DNA of 64,000 nucleotides from Treponemataceae bacterium (GTDB lineage: Bacteria > Spirochaetota > Spirochaetia > Treponematales > Rectinemataceae). A program made the position numbers and the translations under genes. How positions within the stretch are numbered: the first letter of the stretch is position 1; every line of letters starts with the position of its first letter. The stretch is taken from assembly GCA_963678065.2 (NCBI GenBank), contig CAXXVZ010000004.1, positions 672,001 through 736,000 of the forward strand. The letters run 5' to 3'. The notes beneath the pieces were generated by a model. That model did no database searches. It was not told where the DNA came from and saw nothing but the letters and a program-made list of their open reading frames with translations. Positions 18,513-28,256 of the stretch are shown here, one piece after another.

Positions 18513-19505
18513 TCATTTTACCGCTTTGATGCGCGCTATCCACGCCTTGATTTCCGGACTCTGCTTTTCGTACAGGGGTTTCGCGAGAGTCTCCCAAATC
18601 GAGGTATCCTGGATACGCTCGACCTTGATTCCTTCCTTCGCGACGCGGCCCGCGGCGATATTCTCATAGAGCGCCCACTCGTTCCGCTGATAGTCGATCG
18701 TGTCCATCGCCGCCTTTGCGATAAGGTCTCTTTCCGCCTGCGTCAACGAAGAAAACCCGACAGCGGATCCGACGATGATCTCGGGAATCCGCACGTGTCC
18801 GGTCAGGCTGTAATACCCCGCGATCTGGTAATGCCGCGAGGTCAGATAGGTCGGAATGTTGTTTTCGGCCCCGTCGATGGATTTCATCTGCAATGAGTTA
18901 TAGACTTCGCCGAAGGCCTGTTGCACGGGGATGCCCCCGAAGGCCTGTATCATGTCCGTCATCAGACTGCTTTCCTGCACGCGTATCTTCAGCCCGCGCA
19001 GGTCGGCGGGCGACCGGATGGGGCGTTTCGAGTTGTAGAAATTGCGGGAGCCGGCCTCGAACCAGCCGAGGCCGACGAAACCCGCATCTTTCACGCTTTC
19101 AAGAAGCTGCTTCCCGACATCTCCTTTCAGGACCCGCCACATATGTTCCCCGTCGCGGTAGAGATATGGCATCTGGAGGGCGTTCAGCCGCGGAACATAG
19201 GAGGCTACGGCCGACAGGGAAACCCGGGCCATATCGATAGCTCCGAACTGTACCTGTTCCAGGACGGTGATTTCCTGACCGAGTACGGAATCCGCGTAGA
19301 CGGATATCTGAATTCTTCCGCCCGAGCGTTCGAAGACGAGGCGGGCGAATTCATAATCGGCCCTCGCCGTCGGGTGATCGGTCGGGTGCAGTTCGGCGAG
19401 CCTCAGGCGCACTTCCACTCCGCCCGAGGCAAAAATGGGACTGACAGAAGTGAAGAAGGCCAGGACGATAGCGCATAAAGCGACTTTCACGGCGAACCTT
19501 TTCAC
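18513..19505 (-). CDS. Second TRAP-type substrate-binding protein, apparently co-transcribed with the two-component system
   Basis: QMPYLYRDGEH, GLKIRVQ and IDGAENN motifs; GTG start at 19505 after AAGGAG, 4 nt from the response regulator stop. Confidence 0.88.
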   Translation of the reverse strand: MKRFAVKVALCAIVLAFFTSVSPIFASGGVEVRLRLAELHPTDHPTARADYEFARLVFERSGGRIQISVYADSVLGQEITVLEQVQFGAIDMARVSLSAVASYVPRLNALQMPYLYRDGEHMWRVLKGDVGKQLLESVKDAGFVGLGWFEAGSRNFYNSKRPIRSPADLRGLKIRVQESSLMTDMIQAFGGIPVQQAFGEVYNSLQMKSIDGAENNIPTYLTSRHYQIAGYYSLTGHVRIPEIIVGSAVGFSSLTQAERDLIAKAAMDTIDYQRNEWALYENIAAGRVAKEGIKVERIQDTSIWETLAKPLYEKQSPEIKAWIARIKAVK

Positions 19506-19509
19506 TTCG

Positions 19510-20940
19510 TCATCTCTCCTTTCCCGGATCCGGGAGGGACGCGGTTCCCAGCGCCGCATATTCGCCCGGACTCATTCCAGTGAATTTGCGAAAAACTCGC
19601 GCAAAATACGCGGGATCCCTGAACCCCGACAGAAAGGACGCTTCCTTGATCGAGCAGCTCCCGGAGGACAGATATTGCCTCGACTTCTCCACCCGGAACC
19701 GCGAGAGGCATTCCGCGAAACCCATGCCGGCGTGCCTGCCGAGCAGCCGCGAGAGATGCGAGGGTGAAACGGACAATTCCTGGGCTACCGATTCAAGCGA
19801 AAGGTCGTCGGCGTGGCGCTCCTCCATGAGTTCGAGAGCCCTCTGTGCTGTCGCTTTTCCCACCGCGTTTACGGGGTTGGAATGATTCACAGGGTTCGCC
19901 GATGCCGATCCCGACGCGGAAAACCGATCGCTTGCCGGCATGGGATGTCCGCCTGGATTCAGGACAAGAGAAGTGTCGAAAGGCGCGGAGAGGCCGACCA
20001 CGATGACGGGATTGCCGGAATTCGCGATCGCGCAGGCCCTCCGCGCCGCTCCGACGAGCGCTTCAGGTCCGGATGTTTCCCGCGTCGCCTGTACATGCGC
20101 GATCATCGCGGCCCCGGCTGCTGTCGAAAGCCCCAATTCCGTCCGCGCCTTCGCGACGATGCCCAGGAGATCGTCCCGAAGCTTCACCTCGAAATACCGA
20201 ATGACTTTGTCAGTTTCCGAAGATGGCGCGTCTGTGCCAACCGCGATTATTCCGGTGACAAACTCCCTTCCGGCTCCGGCAAGGACCTTCACGCCCGCAA
20301 TATCGAACCCGCGCTCTACGATCGGGGTCAAGGCAGAGATCGAAGCCGAAGCAGAAAGGCTGCTCGCGGGCCCCAGGGGTTTCATGCGGATGACGGCGAT
20401 GACTCTCCCCTTGTTTCCGGACAATTCCATGTACCGTTCCATCTTCACGCAGTCGACGAGTCCCGAGGCGAGGCCCGAACGGATTTCCCCCGCCATGAAA
20501 TCCAAAGCTCCCTTTAGCCGGGACGTACCCTCGCCAACGCTCATCGAAGAATCGGATTCCATATCGGATCGCTCGGAGACGGCATGACGGAATGCCGAGA
20601 GGACCTCGTCCGCTGAGGCCGGCTTCAGAAGGAAATCCTCGACCTTGAGACGAAGAGCGGAGCGCGCATATTCGAAATTGTCGTGGGCTGTCAGGAAAAT
20701 GATGGGCAGGTGGGGATATTTCTCCCTGATGAGCTGGGCGGTCCTAATTCCATCCATGCCGGGCATCCGGATGTCGAGAAATACTGCGTCGAACCTGGTT
20801 CTGCCTATCTTTTCCATCACCTCGAGCCCATTGGAGGCCTCGGAAATTTCCGCTCCTGGTTCCTGACACCCACCGATGATGTGGCGGAGAGCCCTCCGTT
20901 CCAGCTCCTCATCGTCGGCGACAAGCACTTTATACGGCAT
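19510..20940 (-). CDS. Response regulator, REC plus AraC HTH (YesN-like)
   Basis: VLVADDE, FLDIRMPGMDG and FLLKP; C-terminal SPSHLSRLL...GFRDPAYFARVFRKFTGMSP. Confidence 0.92.
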   Translation of the reverse strand: MPYKVLVADDEELERRALRHIIGGCQEPGAEISEASNGLEVMEKIGRTRFDAVFLDIRMPGMDGIRTAQLIREKYPHLPIIFLTAHDNFEYARSALRLKVEDFLLKPASADEVLSAFRHAVSERSDMESDSSMSVGEGTSRLKGALDFMAGEIRSGLASGLVDCVKMERYMELSGNKGRVIAVIRMKPLGPASSLSASASISALTPIVERGFDIAGVKVLAGAGREFVTGIIAVGTDAPSSETDKVIRYFEVKLRDDLLGIVAKARTELGLSTAAGAAMIAHVQATRETSGPEALVGAARRACAIANSGNPVIVVGLSAPFDTSLVLNPGGHPMPASDRFSASGSASANPVNHSNPVNAVGKATAQRALELMEERHADDLSLESVAQELSVSPSHLSRLLGRHAGMGFAECLSRFRVEKSRQYLSSGSCSIKEASFLSGFRDPAYFARVFRKFTGMSPGEYAALGTASLPDPGKER

Positions 20941-22486
20941 CTGGATACTCTCCGGAAATGAGGATCGGCAAGCTGATGCGGACGATGGTCCCCCTGTCCG
21001 GCAATGACGATATGGAAAGTTTCGCGGTACCGGGATACCGGTAGGCGAGACGGATCTCTAGATCCGCCATTCCGACTCCGGAAGCCGCCTCCCGGCTGCC
21101 ATCGACCGGATACGCGGCTGTGGGCATGCCGGCTGCAGCCTTTCGCAGGGCATGCAAAGTTTCCGCATCCATCCCCGATCCCGAATCTGCCACTACGAGC
21201 CGGACCCTTTCGCCCCGACGGCTGGCATCGACGATGACTCGGCCGCCGGCGACAAGGGGTTCAATGCCATGCCTGACGGCATTCTCTACGATTGGTTGGA
21301 GGGAAAATCTCGGGATAAGGACATTCTCCACTTCGGGATCGCCGCGTATCTCCCATGCCAGACGGGATCCGAAACGGATTTTCTGGAAAGACAGATACTC
21401 GCGGAGCGCAGTCAGCTCCTCCGCCACGGTGACGAAGGAGCCGTCCGAAGAAAGCGAATATCTCATGAGTTTTCCGAGACTCTGAGCCAGTCTTTCCGTT
21501 TCGGGAGCATTTTCGAACAGCGCGCTCCGCGCGATAGTATTGATCGCGTTGAACAGGAAATGCGGCCTGATACGCTCCTGCAGGTTCATGAACTGGGCTT
21601 CCTTCAAGGCTTTGTTCATGGAGACGCGAGAGAGCGTTTCCTCATGCAGCATCCGCTCGAGTTCGACTTTTTCCTTAAGGCCCTCGACCATCGCCCGAAT
21701 GTTCGCGCTCATGACGTTGAACCCGTGTGCAAGAACCTCCATCTCGTCCCCGGTCCCGGCCTCTACAAGATCCACATCGAAGTCTCCTGAGGCAATCCTG
21801 TCGGCAACTTCGGCGAGACGGCGCACCGGAGCTGAAATCGACGAAGCAAAAAGGGCGGCGAATGCCATGGCGAGAATGCCCGAGCCCGCGAGCCCCGCGA
21901 TCGCAAGCTGCCGGTACTGCGCACTCCGCCGCGCGATCTCCCTGTATCGTATCGTTCCCGAGGTCATGGAGAGGGAGAGGAGTTTCCCCAGGTATTCGTC
22001 GGTGTAAGAAGCTATCCTGTCGGCCTGCAAAAAATGCTGGTAGGCATCGGGATCGTTTTCGGCGCGCCCGCGCAGGAAGTCGCGCGCGAGGGGAACATAG
22101 GCGTCCATGCCGCGTCCGACGGCCCTGTGTTCGAAAAAGATTTCGGTCGATTCGGCTTCGAGGCGGATCAGGGAGGCAGACATGTCTCTCAGGGTCGAGA
22201 GCCCCGCCTCGAGGGTTTCCCTCTGCTCGGGAAGGCTCTCGCGCATGTAGCGCCCACCGAGCGCGCGGAAGTCCGTCAGGGCGGAGCGCAATCCCTGGAT
22301 ATCGTGGTAGGTGGTCAGCCTTTTTTCGAATTCCCGTCCCGCCCGCACGGCGGCGCTCTGGGCAAATATCTCGATGACGAGGACCACGGCGAGCGTGGCC
22401 CCGTAGAACCCGAGTATCTTTCCCCTGATGCCTACGCGCGGCCGATGCATGGGATGAAGGATCACCTGTAGACTGGAAGCCGTCAA
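20930..22486 (-). CDS. Sensor histidine kinase, YesM/LytS-type with HAMP domain
   Basis: Two TM segments, HAMP, IRPHFLFNAIN H-box, LQPIVENAVRHG and DSGSG. Start uncertain (TTG 22486 overlapping the upstream stop, or ATG 22450). Confidence 0.9.
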   Translation of the reverse strand: MTASSLQVILHPMHRPRVGIRGKILGFYGATLAVVLVIEIFAQSAAVRAGREFEKRLTTYHDIQGLRSALTDFRALGGRYMRESLPEQRETLEAGLSTLRDMSASLIRLEAESTEIFFEHRAVGRGMDAYVPLARDFLRGRAENDPDAYQHFLQADRIASYTDEYLGKLLSLSMTSGTIRYREIARRSAQYRQLAIAGLAGSGILAMAFAALFASSISAPVRRLAEVADRIASGDFDVDLVEAGTGDEMEVLAHGFNVMSANIRAMVEGLKEKVELERMLHEETLSRVSMNKALKEAQFMNLQERIRPHFLFNAINTIARSALFENAPETERLAQSLGKLMRYSLSSDGSFVTVAEELTALREYLSFQKIRFGSRLAWEIRGDPEVENVLIPRFSLQPIVENAVRHGIEPLVAGGRVIVDASRRGERVRLVVADSGSGMDAETLHALRKAAAGMPTAAYPVDGSREAASGVGMADLEIRLAYRYPGTAKLSISSLPDRGTIVRISLPILISGEYPDAV

Positions 22487-22980
22487 GTCCGAACCGTTCC
22501 CGCCCCGAAAGCCTGTTTCTGCTTTTTCTTCAGGCGGGAGAGGGATTCGACGAGGTGAAGACGCATGAGGCTTTCGGCTTGTGGCCCCTTTCGCGCGGCG
22601 ATCAGGTCGAGGATGGCCCCGTGTTCCCTCAGTTCCTCGCGAAGGATTTTTTCGTCGCCATGCCGGAAAAAGATCTTCCGCCTGACCGCGATCAGATTGC
22701 CCTTCATGTTTTCGAACATGCCGATGAGGACGCGGTTGCCCGATATCCTGTACAAAGTGTAGTGGAAGACGAGACCACGTTCGAACCCATAATTCTTCTG
22801 GTCGAAGGCCTTCTGGTTCGCGTCGAGTACCTCCCGGAGGCCGGCTATGTCCGCTTCCGTCGCGCTCTCGGCCACCATCCGCGCGAGTCCCGGCTCGATG
22901 ACGACGCGAGCCTCCATCATCGCGATGATCTGGTTGGATATCTCTTCATACAGATTCTTGTGGCGGGCCGGCGTGATCAT
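22483..22980 (-). CDS. FadR/GntR-derived FCD-domain protein lacking most of the winged-HTH domain
   Basis: First GntR helix (KNLYEEISNQIIAM) joined directly to the FCD start (MEARVVIEPGLARM..AT); FH...SGN and EH.AI..I..R..AE..MR.HL motifs; strong RBS GGAGG. Confidence 0.75.
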   Translation of the reverse strand: MITPARHKNLYEEISNQIIAMMEARVVIEPGLARMVAESATEADIAGLREVLDANQKAFDQKNYGFERGLVFHYTLYRISGNRVLIGMFENMKGNLIAVRRKIFFRHGDEKILREELREHGAILDLIAARKGPQAESLMRLHLVESLSRLKKKQKQAFGAGTVRT

Positions 22981-23005
22981 CGAATCCTCCGAGTTCCGGT
23001 CGACA

Positions 23006-23896
23006 CTACAGCGTAACCGCGCCAGCGTAGCCGAGGATGGAAGAGATGCGGGCGGCGGCGGACTTCACCTGCTCCGCCCATGCCGGTTCGGAGGCGGGGT
23101 CGAAGCGGAAACGCGGCCAGGAAACGGAGATGGCAGCGACGACGGCGCCTGTGTAGTCGAAGACCGGCGCGGCGATGCAGCGGATGCCCTCTTCGTGCTC
23201 CTCATCGTCGCGGCCGAAACCTTCACGGCGTATGCGTTCGAGTTCGGCTTCGAGAGACAGGCGCGTGGCCAGGGTATTCGGGGTGAAGGCGACGAGCTTG
23301 ATTCCGTCCAGCTGGGCCGCTCTCTCCGCGGGCGGGGAAAAAGCCAGGATTACCTTGCCGATGGCCGTACAGTGCAGGGGCATGCGTCGACCGACCCGGG
23401 AATACATGCGGATCGTGTAGCGGGACTCTATCTTGAGGACATAGACGGCGGAGTCTCCGTCGAGCACGCCCATGTGGACGGTTTCGCCGAGTCCGGCGGC
23501 GAGTTCCTCCGCAATAGGCTTCGCCGCCGAAAGAAGGTCCATGTGGTCGAGGGCGCGGGAGCCCATGTTGAACATGCGCAGGGTTACGGCCCAGCGGTCG
23601 TCGTGTTCGCGACGCGCGTAGCCCAGCTCCTGGAGCGTGAGCAGAAAGCGATAGAGCGTCGGTTTGGCCAGCCCCACTTCGCGCGACAAATCCTCCAGAC
23701 CGATGGCATTCTGGTGGCCGAGGCGCTCGAGGATGGAGAGGGTGCGGACGGCCGCGCTGACGAGAGGAACGCGCGCCGGACGCGATGGTCCGGCGGCTGT
23801 CCTGTCGGGACTGACGTTTTTCCGCGCAGGGCGGGGCGGGGCGGCGGAAGGCTGCGCGACTCCCCTCGTGTTTCCGGAAAGGCTTTTTTTCGGCAT
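23006..23896 (-). CDS. kdgR: IclR-family transcriptional regulator, KdgR-like
   Basis: RTLSILE, LAKPTLYRFLLTLQELGY HTH, GETVHMG, YSRVGRRMPLHCTAIGK and EEHEEGIRCIAAPV motifs; lies in the pectin locus. Confidence 0.8.
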   Translation of the reverse strand: MPKKSLSGNTRGVAQPSAAPPRPARKNVSPDRTAAGPSRPARVPLVSAAVRTLSILERLGHQNAIGLEDLSREVGLAKPTLYRFLLTLQELGYARREHDDRWAVTLRMFNMGSRALDHMDLLSAAKPIAEELAAGLGETVHMGVLDGDSAVYVLKIESRYTIRMYSRVGRRMPLHCTAIGKVILAFSPPAERAAQLDGIKLVAFTPNTLATRLSLEAELERIRREGFGRDDEEHEEGIRCIAAPVFDYTGAVVAAISVSWPRFRFDPASEPAWAEQVKSAAARISSILGYAGAVTL

Positions 23897-23988
23897 CGGG
23901 ACTCCCGGATCATTCTGGACGAGGCGGGTTATCGAGTCAAGCGCAGGAGGGCGTCGACAGAGGCGCGCGGGCGTGGCATCCTGTGGAT

Positions 23989-26900
23989 ATGGCAAAGCGG
24001 TGCGGAAAGGGAAAACGGAACGCGGTGGGTCTCGTCCTCGCTGACCTGAACTCGGGCGCCGGACAGATACTCTGGCCGAGCGTAGCCGAAAAGGCGGAGG
24101 AAGCGGATGTCGACCTCTTCTGCTTTCCGGGCGGCAGGATAGGCCAGAAGGAGGGTTACGAGACATCCCGGAATACCGTCTTCGACCTCGCCGCCGGCGC
24201 GAAGCTCGACGGCATCCTCGTCTGGCCTTCTTCCATGAGCGGCGCGGCGCCCGAGTCCGTCGTCAGGAGCCTCGTAGAGCGGTTTTCAGACAAGCCAGTC
24301 GTCGCCCTGTCATCGGGACTCTCCGGATTGCCGATGGTCGCGATCGACTATTACGGCGGCATGAAGAAGGCTGTCCTTCACGCGATAGAGTGTCACAGTA
24401 TGGCCCGGATCGCATTTCTCCGCGGCCCCGAGCGGCACGAGGGAGCGCGCGAACGATATCAGGCCTACCTCGACACGCTGGCGGAGAAGGGCATCGGCCT
24501 CGACCCGCGACTCGTGAGTTCGCCCTGGTTCTGGGACTCGGGAACTGAAGCCATGCTCGAACTCCTGGACGGCAGGGGACTTGTGCCGGGCAGGGATTTC
24601 GAGGCGCTCGTGGCCTCGAGCGATCTCATGGCGCTGTTCGCCGTGAAGGCTCTCCAGTCGCGGGGTTATGCGATACCGGCGGACCTCGCCGTCATCGGCA
24701 TGAACGACTCGGTGGAATCCCGCGTGTCGACGCCCCCGCTCACGACGGCCAACGGCCCTTTCGCGCGGCTCGGCGCCGCGGGCCTCGATATACTGCTCGG
24801 AAAGATCGCGCGGCGGAATGTGCCGGAGAGCATGCGCCTCGAGTCGGAACTGGTCGTGAGGGAATCCTGCGGATGCCCGGAGAATAAAAGGACGGCAGCC
24901 GCGCCTGAAACAGGCAGGAGCGCCTACGAGATCTGGGAGAATGAGAGGCGCGACGTCGAACTGAGGACTCTCGGCCGGGATCTCCTCATGTCCCTCGACT
25001 CAGGATCGATGTCGTCGAGACTCATGAAAGGCCTTCCCCCGCTCGGCGTACGGAGCGCCTATGTCTGCACGTTTGATCCGGCGGGGGATTCTTCGCGCGC
25101 GCGCCTCGTGTCGGGATTCCGTGACGACGAGGACCTGTCGGCACCGGATGAGGCATTTCCGGCCTCGCTGCTCGTCCCTCCCGGATGCTTCCCCGACAGA
25201 TGCCTCTCCTACATCGTCGAACCGCTGTTCTTCCACGAGGACCCCATCGGATACGCCCTTTTCGAAATCGGACCGAAGGCGGGGGCCTTCTACGAATCGC
25301 TGCGCGACGCGGTTTCGGGAGCTCTGAGGAGCATACTCCTCGTCGCGGATATCGAGAGCGCGAGGGAGCGGGCGGAGCGGGCGGACAGGATCAAGACCCA
25401 CCTCCTCTCGAATGTCTCGCACGAACTGCGCGCGCCGGTCACGACGATACTGAAGGGAGCGGAGCGGCTCGCGGTGAAGCTGGGCCCGGAATACCCCGAC
25501 GACGACGCGCGGGCCGAGCTCGACAGGATCGCGAGAAGCGCCCGGCAGCAGCTGCGCCTCGTCAACGACCTCCTCGACCTTTCCCGTGCGGAAATGGACG
25601 AACTCGATATCGCCCGGAGGCCGCTCGACCCTGCCCCCTTTCTTGCGGAGATTTTTTCGGATTACGCGACGGACGCGGCTCCGGCTGTCCGATGGATACT
25701 GGACATTCCCGAAAAACTGCCGATCGTAATGTCGGATGCCGCCCGCATCCGACAGATCGTCGGCAATCTCCTCGACAACGCGCGCAAGTTCACGGCCTCG
25801 GGGTCGATCCGGCTCTCCGCGGCAGTCGATGCTCCCGATCTTCTCGTGACTGTGTCCGACACGGGCCCCGGCATCGCGGCGAAAAAACTGCCCCACATAT
25901 TCGAACCCTTCGTGTCGGCGGGGCGCGCGGGCGCGCAGGAAAGGATAGGGGACAGTCAGTCAGGGTCGCGCCATGCCGGAGCAGGCCAGGCCGCAGGCTG
26001 TCCGCCCCGGACAGGCGGAGCGGGTCTCGGGCTCGGCATCGCGCGCCACCTCGCCCTCCTCCACTACGGAAAGCTGGAAGTGCAGAGCGAGGAGGGCCGC
26101 GGGTCCTCTTTCACGCTGAGCCTTCCCCTCCCCGATCCAGGGGGGAAAAAAACGGTCCGGGATACCGCCGAAGGGAGCAAAAGCGAGGTGATCGCCCTCA
26201 TTTCCCCGGAAGCGGCGAAGGCGGAGGGACTGGAAGAGACTGCCGCGAGGCTCGGCATTCCCGCGGAAAAACTGTGTCGCATAACCATCGCGGAAGCAGA
26301 GGCGGGGATCCTCGAGAGCATGGATCCCGCGGCGATAGCCTGGGATCTGGCGAGAAAGCCCGGCGCGGAGGAATGGAGCCTGTTCAGGAAAATCCGCCAG
26401 AACGCGGCGCTCACGGCGAAGCCTTTCCTCGTCTACCCCGCGCCTGTCCGCGACGCAAAGGGGCGAGAGAGAAGCGCCCCGGCGACCTTCATAGGCAAGG
26501 ATGCGGACGGGGAAGCGCTCGCGCGGTTCGCCGGGCTCGTTCTGGGGGAAAGCAGTGTCGACCCGGTGCTCGTCGCGGACGATGATCCCGACGCCCGGGC
26601 CGAAGCCTGCAGGATGGTCGCGTCGGCCCTGCCTGGTCGGGAAATACTGGCGGCGAAGGACGGCGCGGAGGCCTGGGAAATCCTGAGGGAAACGGCGATA
26701 AGCCTCGCCATCCTCGACATCGTCATGCCGCCGCCGGACGGTTTCCGCCTCCTCGAACGTATGCGCGCCGACCCGAGACTCGCGGGTATTCCTGTCCTTC
26801 TTCTGACGGACAAGGTCATCACCATGGAAGATATCGCGAAGATCGAGTCTCATCCCCGCCTCGCGTTGCGGAACAAGGGAATCCTTACGGAGCGCGAGGA

Positions 26901-27279
26901 GACGGAGGAAGTGCTGCGGCTCTCGTCGGGACAGGACTGGCTGCCCGCTCCCACGGGGGCCGCGGTGAAGAGGACTGTCGCCTTCCTCAACCGGAATTAC
27001 GCCCGTACGGTGACTCGCTGGAAGCTGGCGGAAGCCGCCGGCGTGAGCGAGGATTACATTTCACGCATATTCCGCAGGGAAACCGGCATGACGCCCTGGG
27101 AGTACCTCACGAGACTCCGGATCGCCAAAGCCAGGGAGCTGCTCGCCTCGTGCCCGGACAGCATCGCCTCCGTGGCGGCGCGGGCGGGTTTCTCCGACCA
27201 GGCCTACTTTTCACGCGTGTTCAGGAAGGTGACCGGGACGACGCCGCAGGCATTCCGGGAGTCAGGCGGGCGGGGTTGA
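23989..27279 (+). CDS. Cytoplasmic hybrid regulator: LacI-type sugar-binding domain, HisKA, HATPase, REC and AraC HTH
   Basis: N-terminal IDYYGG..RIAFLRGP..ERY..IPADLAVIG.ND..PPLTT..LVVRESCG; SNVSHELRAP; NLLDNARKFT, DTGPGI, GLGLGI; LVADDD..LDIVMP; GFSDQAYFSRVFRK. Confidence 0.88.
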   Translation: MAKRCGKGKRNAVGLVLADLNSGAGQILWPSVAEKAEEADVDLFCFPGGRIGQKEGYETSRNTVFDLAAGAKLDGILVWPSSMSGAAPESVVRSLVERFSDKPVVALSSGLSGLPMVAIDYYGGMKKAVLHAIECHSMARIAFLRGPERHEGARERYQAYLDTLAEKGIGLDPRLVSSPWFWDSGTEAMLELLDGRGLVPGRDFEALVASSDLMALFAVKALQSRGYAIPADLAVIGMNDSVESRVSTPPLTTANGPFARLGAAGLDILLGKIARRNVPESMRLESELVVRESCGCPENKRTAAAPETGRSAYEIWENERRDVELRTLGRDLLMSLDSGSMSSRLMKGLPPLGVRSAYVCTFDPAGDSSRARLVSGFRDDEDLSAPDEAFPASLLVPPGCFPDRCLSYIVEPLFFHEDPIGYALFEIGPKAGAFYESLRDAVSGALRSILLVADIESARERAERADRIKTHLLSNVSHELRAPVTTILKGAERLAVKLGPEYPDDDARAELDRIARSARQQLRLVNDLLDLSRAEMDELDIARRPLDPAPFLAEIFSDYATDAAPAVRWILDIPEKLPIVMSDAARIRQIVGNLLDNARKFTASGSIRLSAAVDAPDLLVTVSDTGPGIAAKKLPHIFEPFVSAGRAGAQERIGDSQSGSRHAGAGQAAGCPPRTGGAGLGLGIARHLALLHYGKLEVQSEEGRGSSFTLSLPLPDPGGKKTVRDTAEGSKSEVIALISPEAAKAEGLEETAARLGIPAEKLCRITIAEAEAGILESMDPAAIAWDLARKPGAEEWSLFRKIRQNAALTAKPFLVYPAPVRDAKGRERSAPATFIGKDADGEALARFAGLVLGESSVDPVLVADDDPDARAEACRMVASALPGREILAAKDGAEAWEILRETAISLAILDIVMPPPDGFRLLERMRADPRLAGIPVLLLTDKVITMEDIAKIESHPRLALRNKGILTEREETEEVLRLSSGQDWLPAPTGAAVKRTVAFLNRNYARTVTRWKLAEAAGVSEDYISRIFRRETGMTPWEYLTRLRIAKARELLASCPDSIASVAARAGFSDQAYFSRVFRKVTGTTPQAFRESGGRG

Positions 27280-27309
27280 AACCGGGATCCCCCTGGGCCC
27301 CGGAGCACT

Positions 27310-28227
27310 TCAGGCCTGGAACGCGAGGAAATCCCGGGCAAAGGCGTGGCATCCGGGGGCATGCTCCTCGACGATGATGGGGAGGGGACCGACGGTTCCT
27401 GCCGAGTCCGAGGTCGCGGCGCGGGCGGACAGGGCTGACATGACGGTTTTCCAGTCCATGAGGCCTTCGCCGCAGGTCGCGGGCGTCTTGGCTCCACCGC
27501 GGTACAGGAAATCTTTGGCGTGCACGGCGACAAGCCTGTCGCCGAGAAGGGCGAGGGCTCCGAGGGCGGGATTCGCCAGCCCGGAGGGATTCTTTCCGGC
27601 CTCCACCCCGGGAAGACAGGCTTCGCAGAGCGCCGGAGAAACGAGGTTGCAGGGATCGAGCAGGAGGCCGAGGGCGGGATTGCCGACCGCGTCGACGAGG
27701 TCCCTCATGCGCCGCGGTGTCGACACGATGTGTTCCCAGACAGGCTCCACGGCAATCGTGACGCCCTCGTCCCGCGCAATCGCGGCGAGTGTGCGGAAAC
27801 TGTCGACGAGAATGTCGAACTCGCACCTCGCGCCGCACAGGGCATCCGCTGGCTCCACGCCAGGCCCGGATGGAAAAGCGGCCGCAGTCTGCCAGGGCCT
27901 TCCCGTCTCCGTGGCGATGAGGGAGGTGCCGTATCCGCGGCAGAGGCGGATCTCGCGGGCAAAGCGGGCCACTGCGGCGGAACGCGCTGCTTCGTCAGCA
28001 TGGGCCGGGTCGATGTAGCATCCCAGGACGTCGACGCGTATGCCCCCTTCCCGAAGCATGTCGCCCAGAGACCGCGCATCGGCGGGGGAAGGCTCGGCGG
28101 GAAAGTCATCTATCGCCTTCAGGGGGGCGAGCTGGATGCCATCGAAACCCGCGTTCCGGACAGCCCGGACGAGGCCGGGGCCGCTGAACTTTCCGAGGTC
28201 GTGTGCGCGCAGGCCGTATGCGAACAT
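27310..28227 (-). CDS. Sugar phosphate isomerase/epimerase family protein (xylose-isomerase-like TIM barrel)
   Basis: IATETG, IAVEP, LLLDPCN, VHAKD and IVEE metal-ligand pattern. Confidence 0.8.
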   Translation of the reverse strand: MFAYGLRAHDLGKFSGPGLVRAVRNAGFDGIQLAPLKAIDDFPAEPSPADARSLGDMLREGGIRVDVLGCYIDPAHADEAARSAAVARFAREIRLCRGYGTSLIATETGRPWQTAAAFPSGPGVEPADALCGARCEFDILVDSFRTLAAIARDEGVTIAVEPVWEHIVSTPRRMRDLVDAVGNPALGLLLDPCNLVSPALCEACLPGVEAGKNPSGLANPALGALALLGDRLVAVHAKDFLYRGGAKTPATCGEGLMDWKTVMSALSARAATSDSAGTVGPLPIIVEEHAPGCHAFARDFLAFQA

Positions 28228-28256
28228 GGAAGCTCCTGACGATTCAGTGTTTGCGG

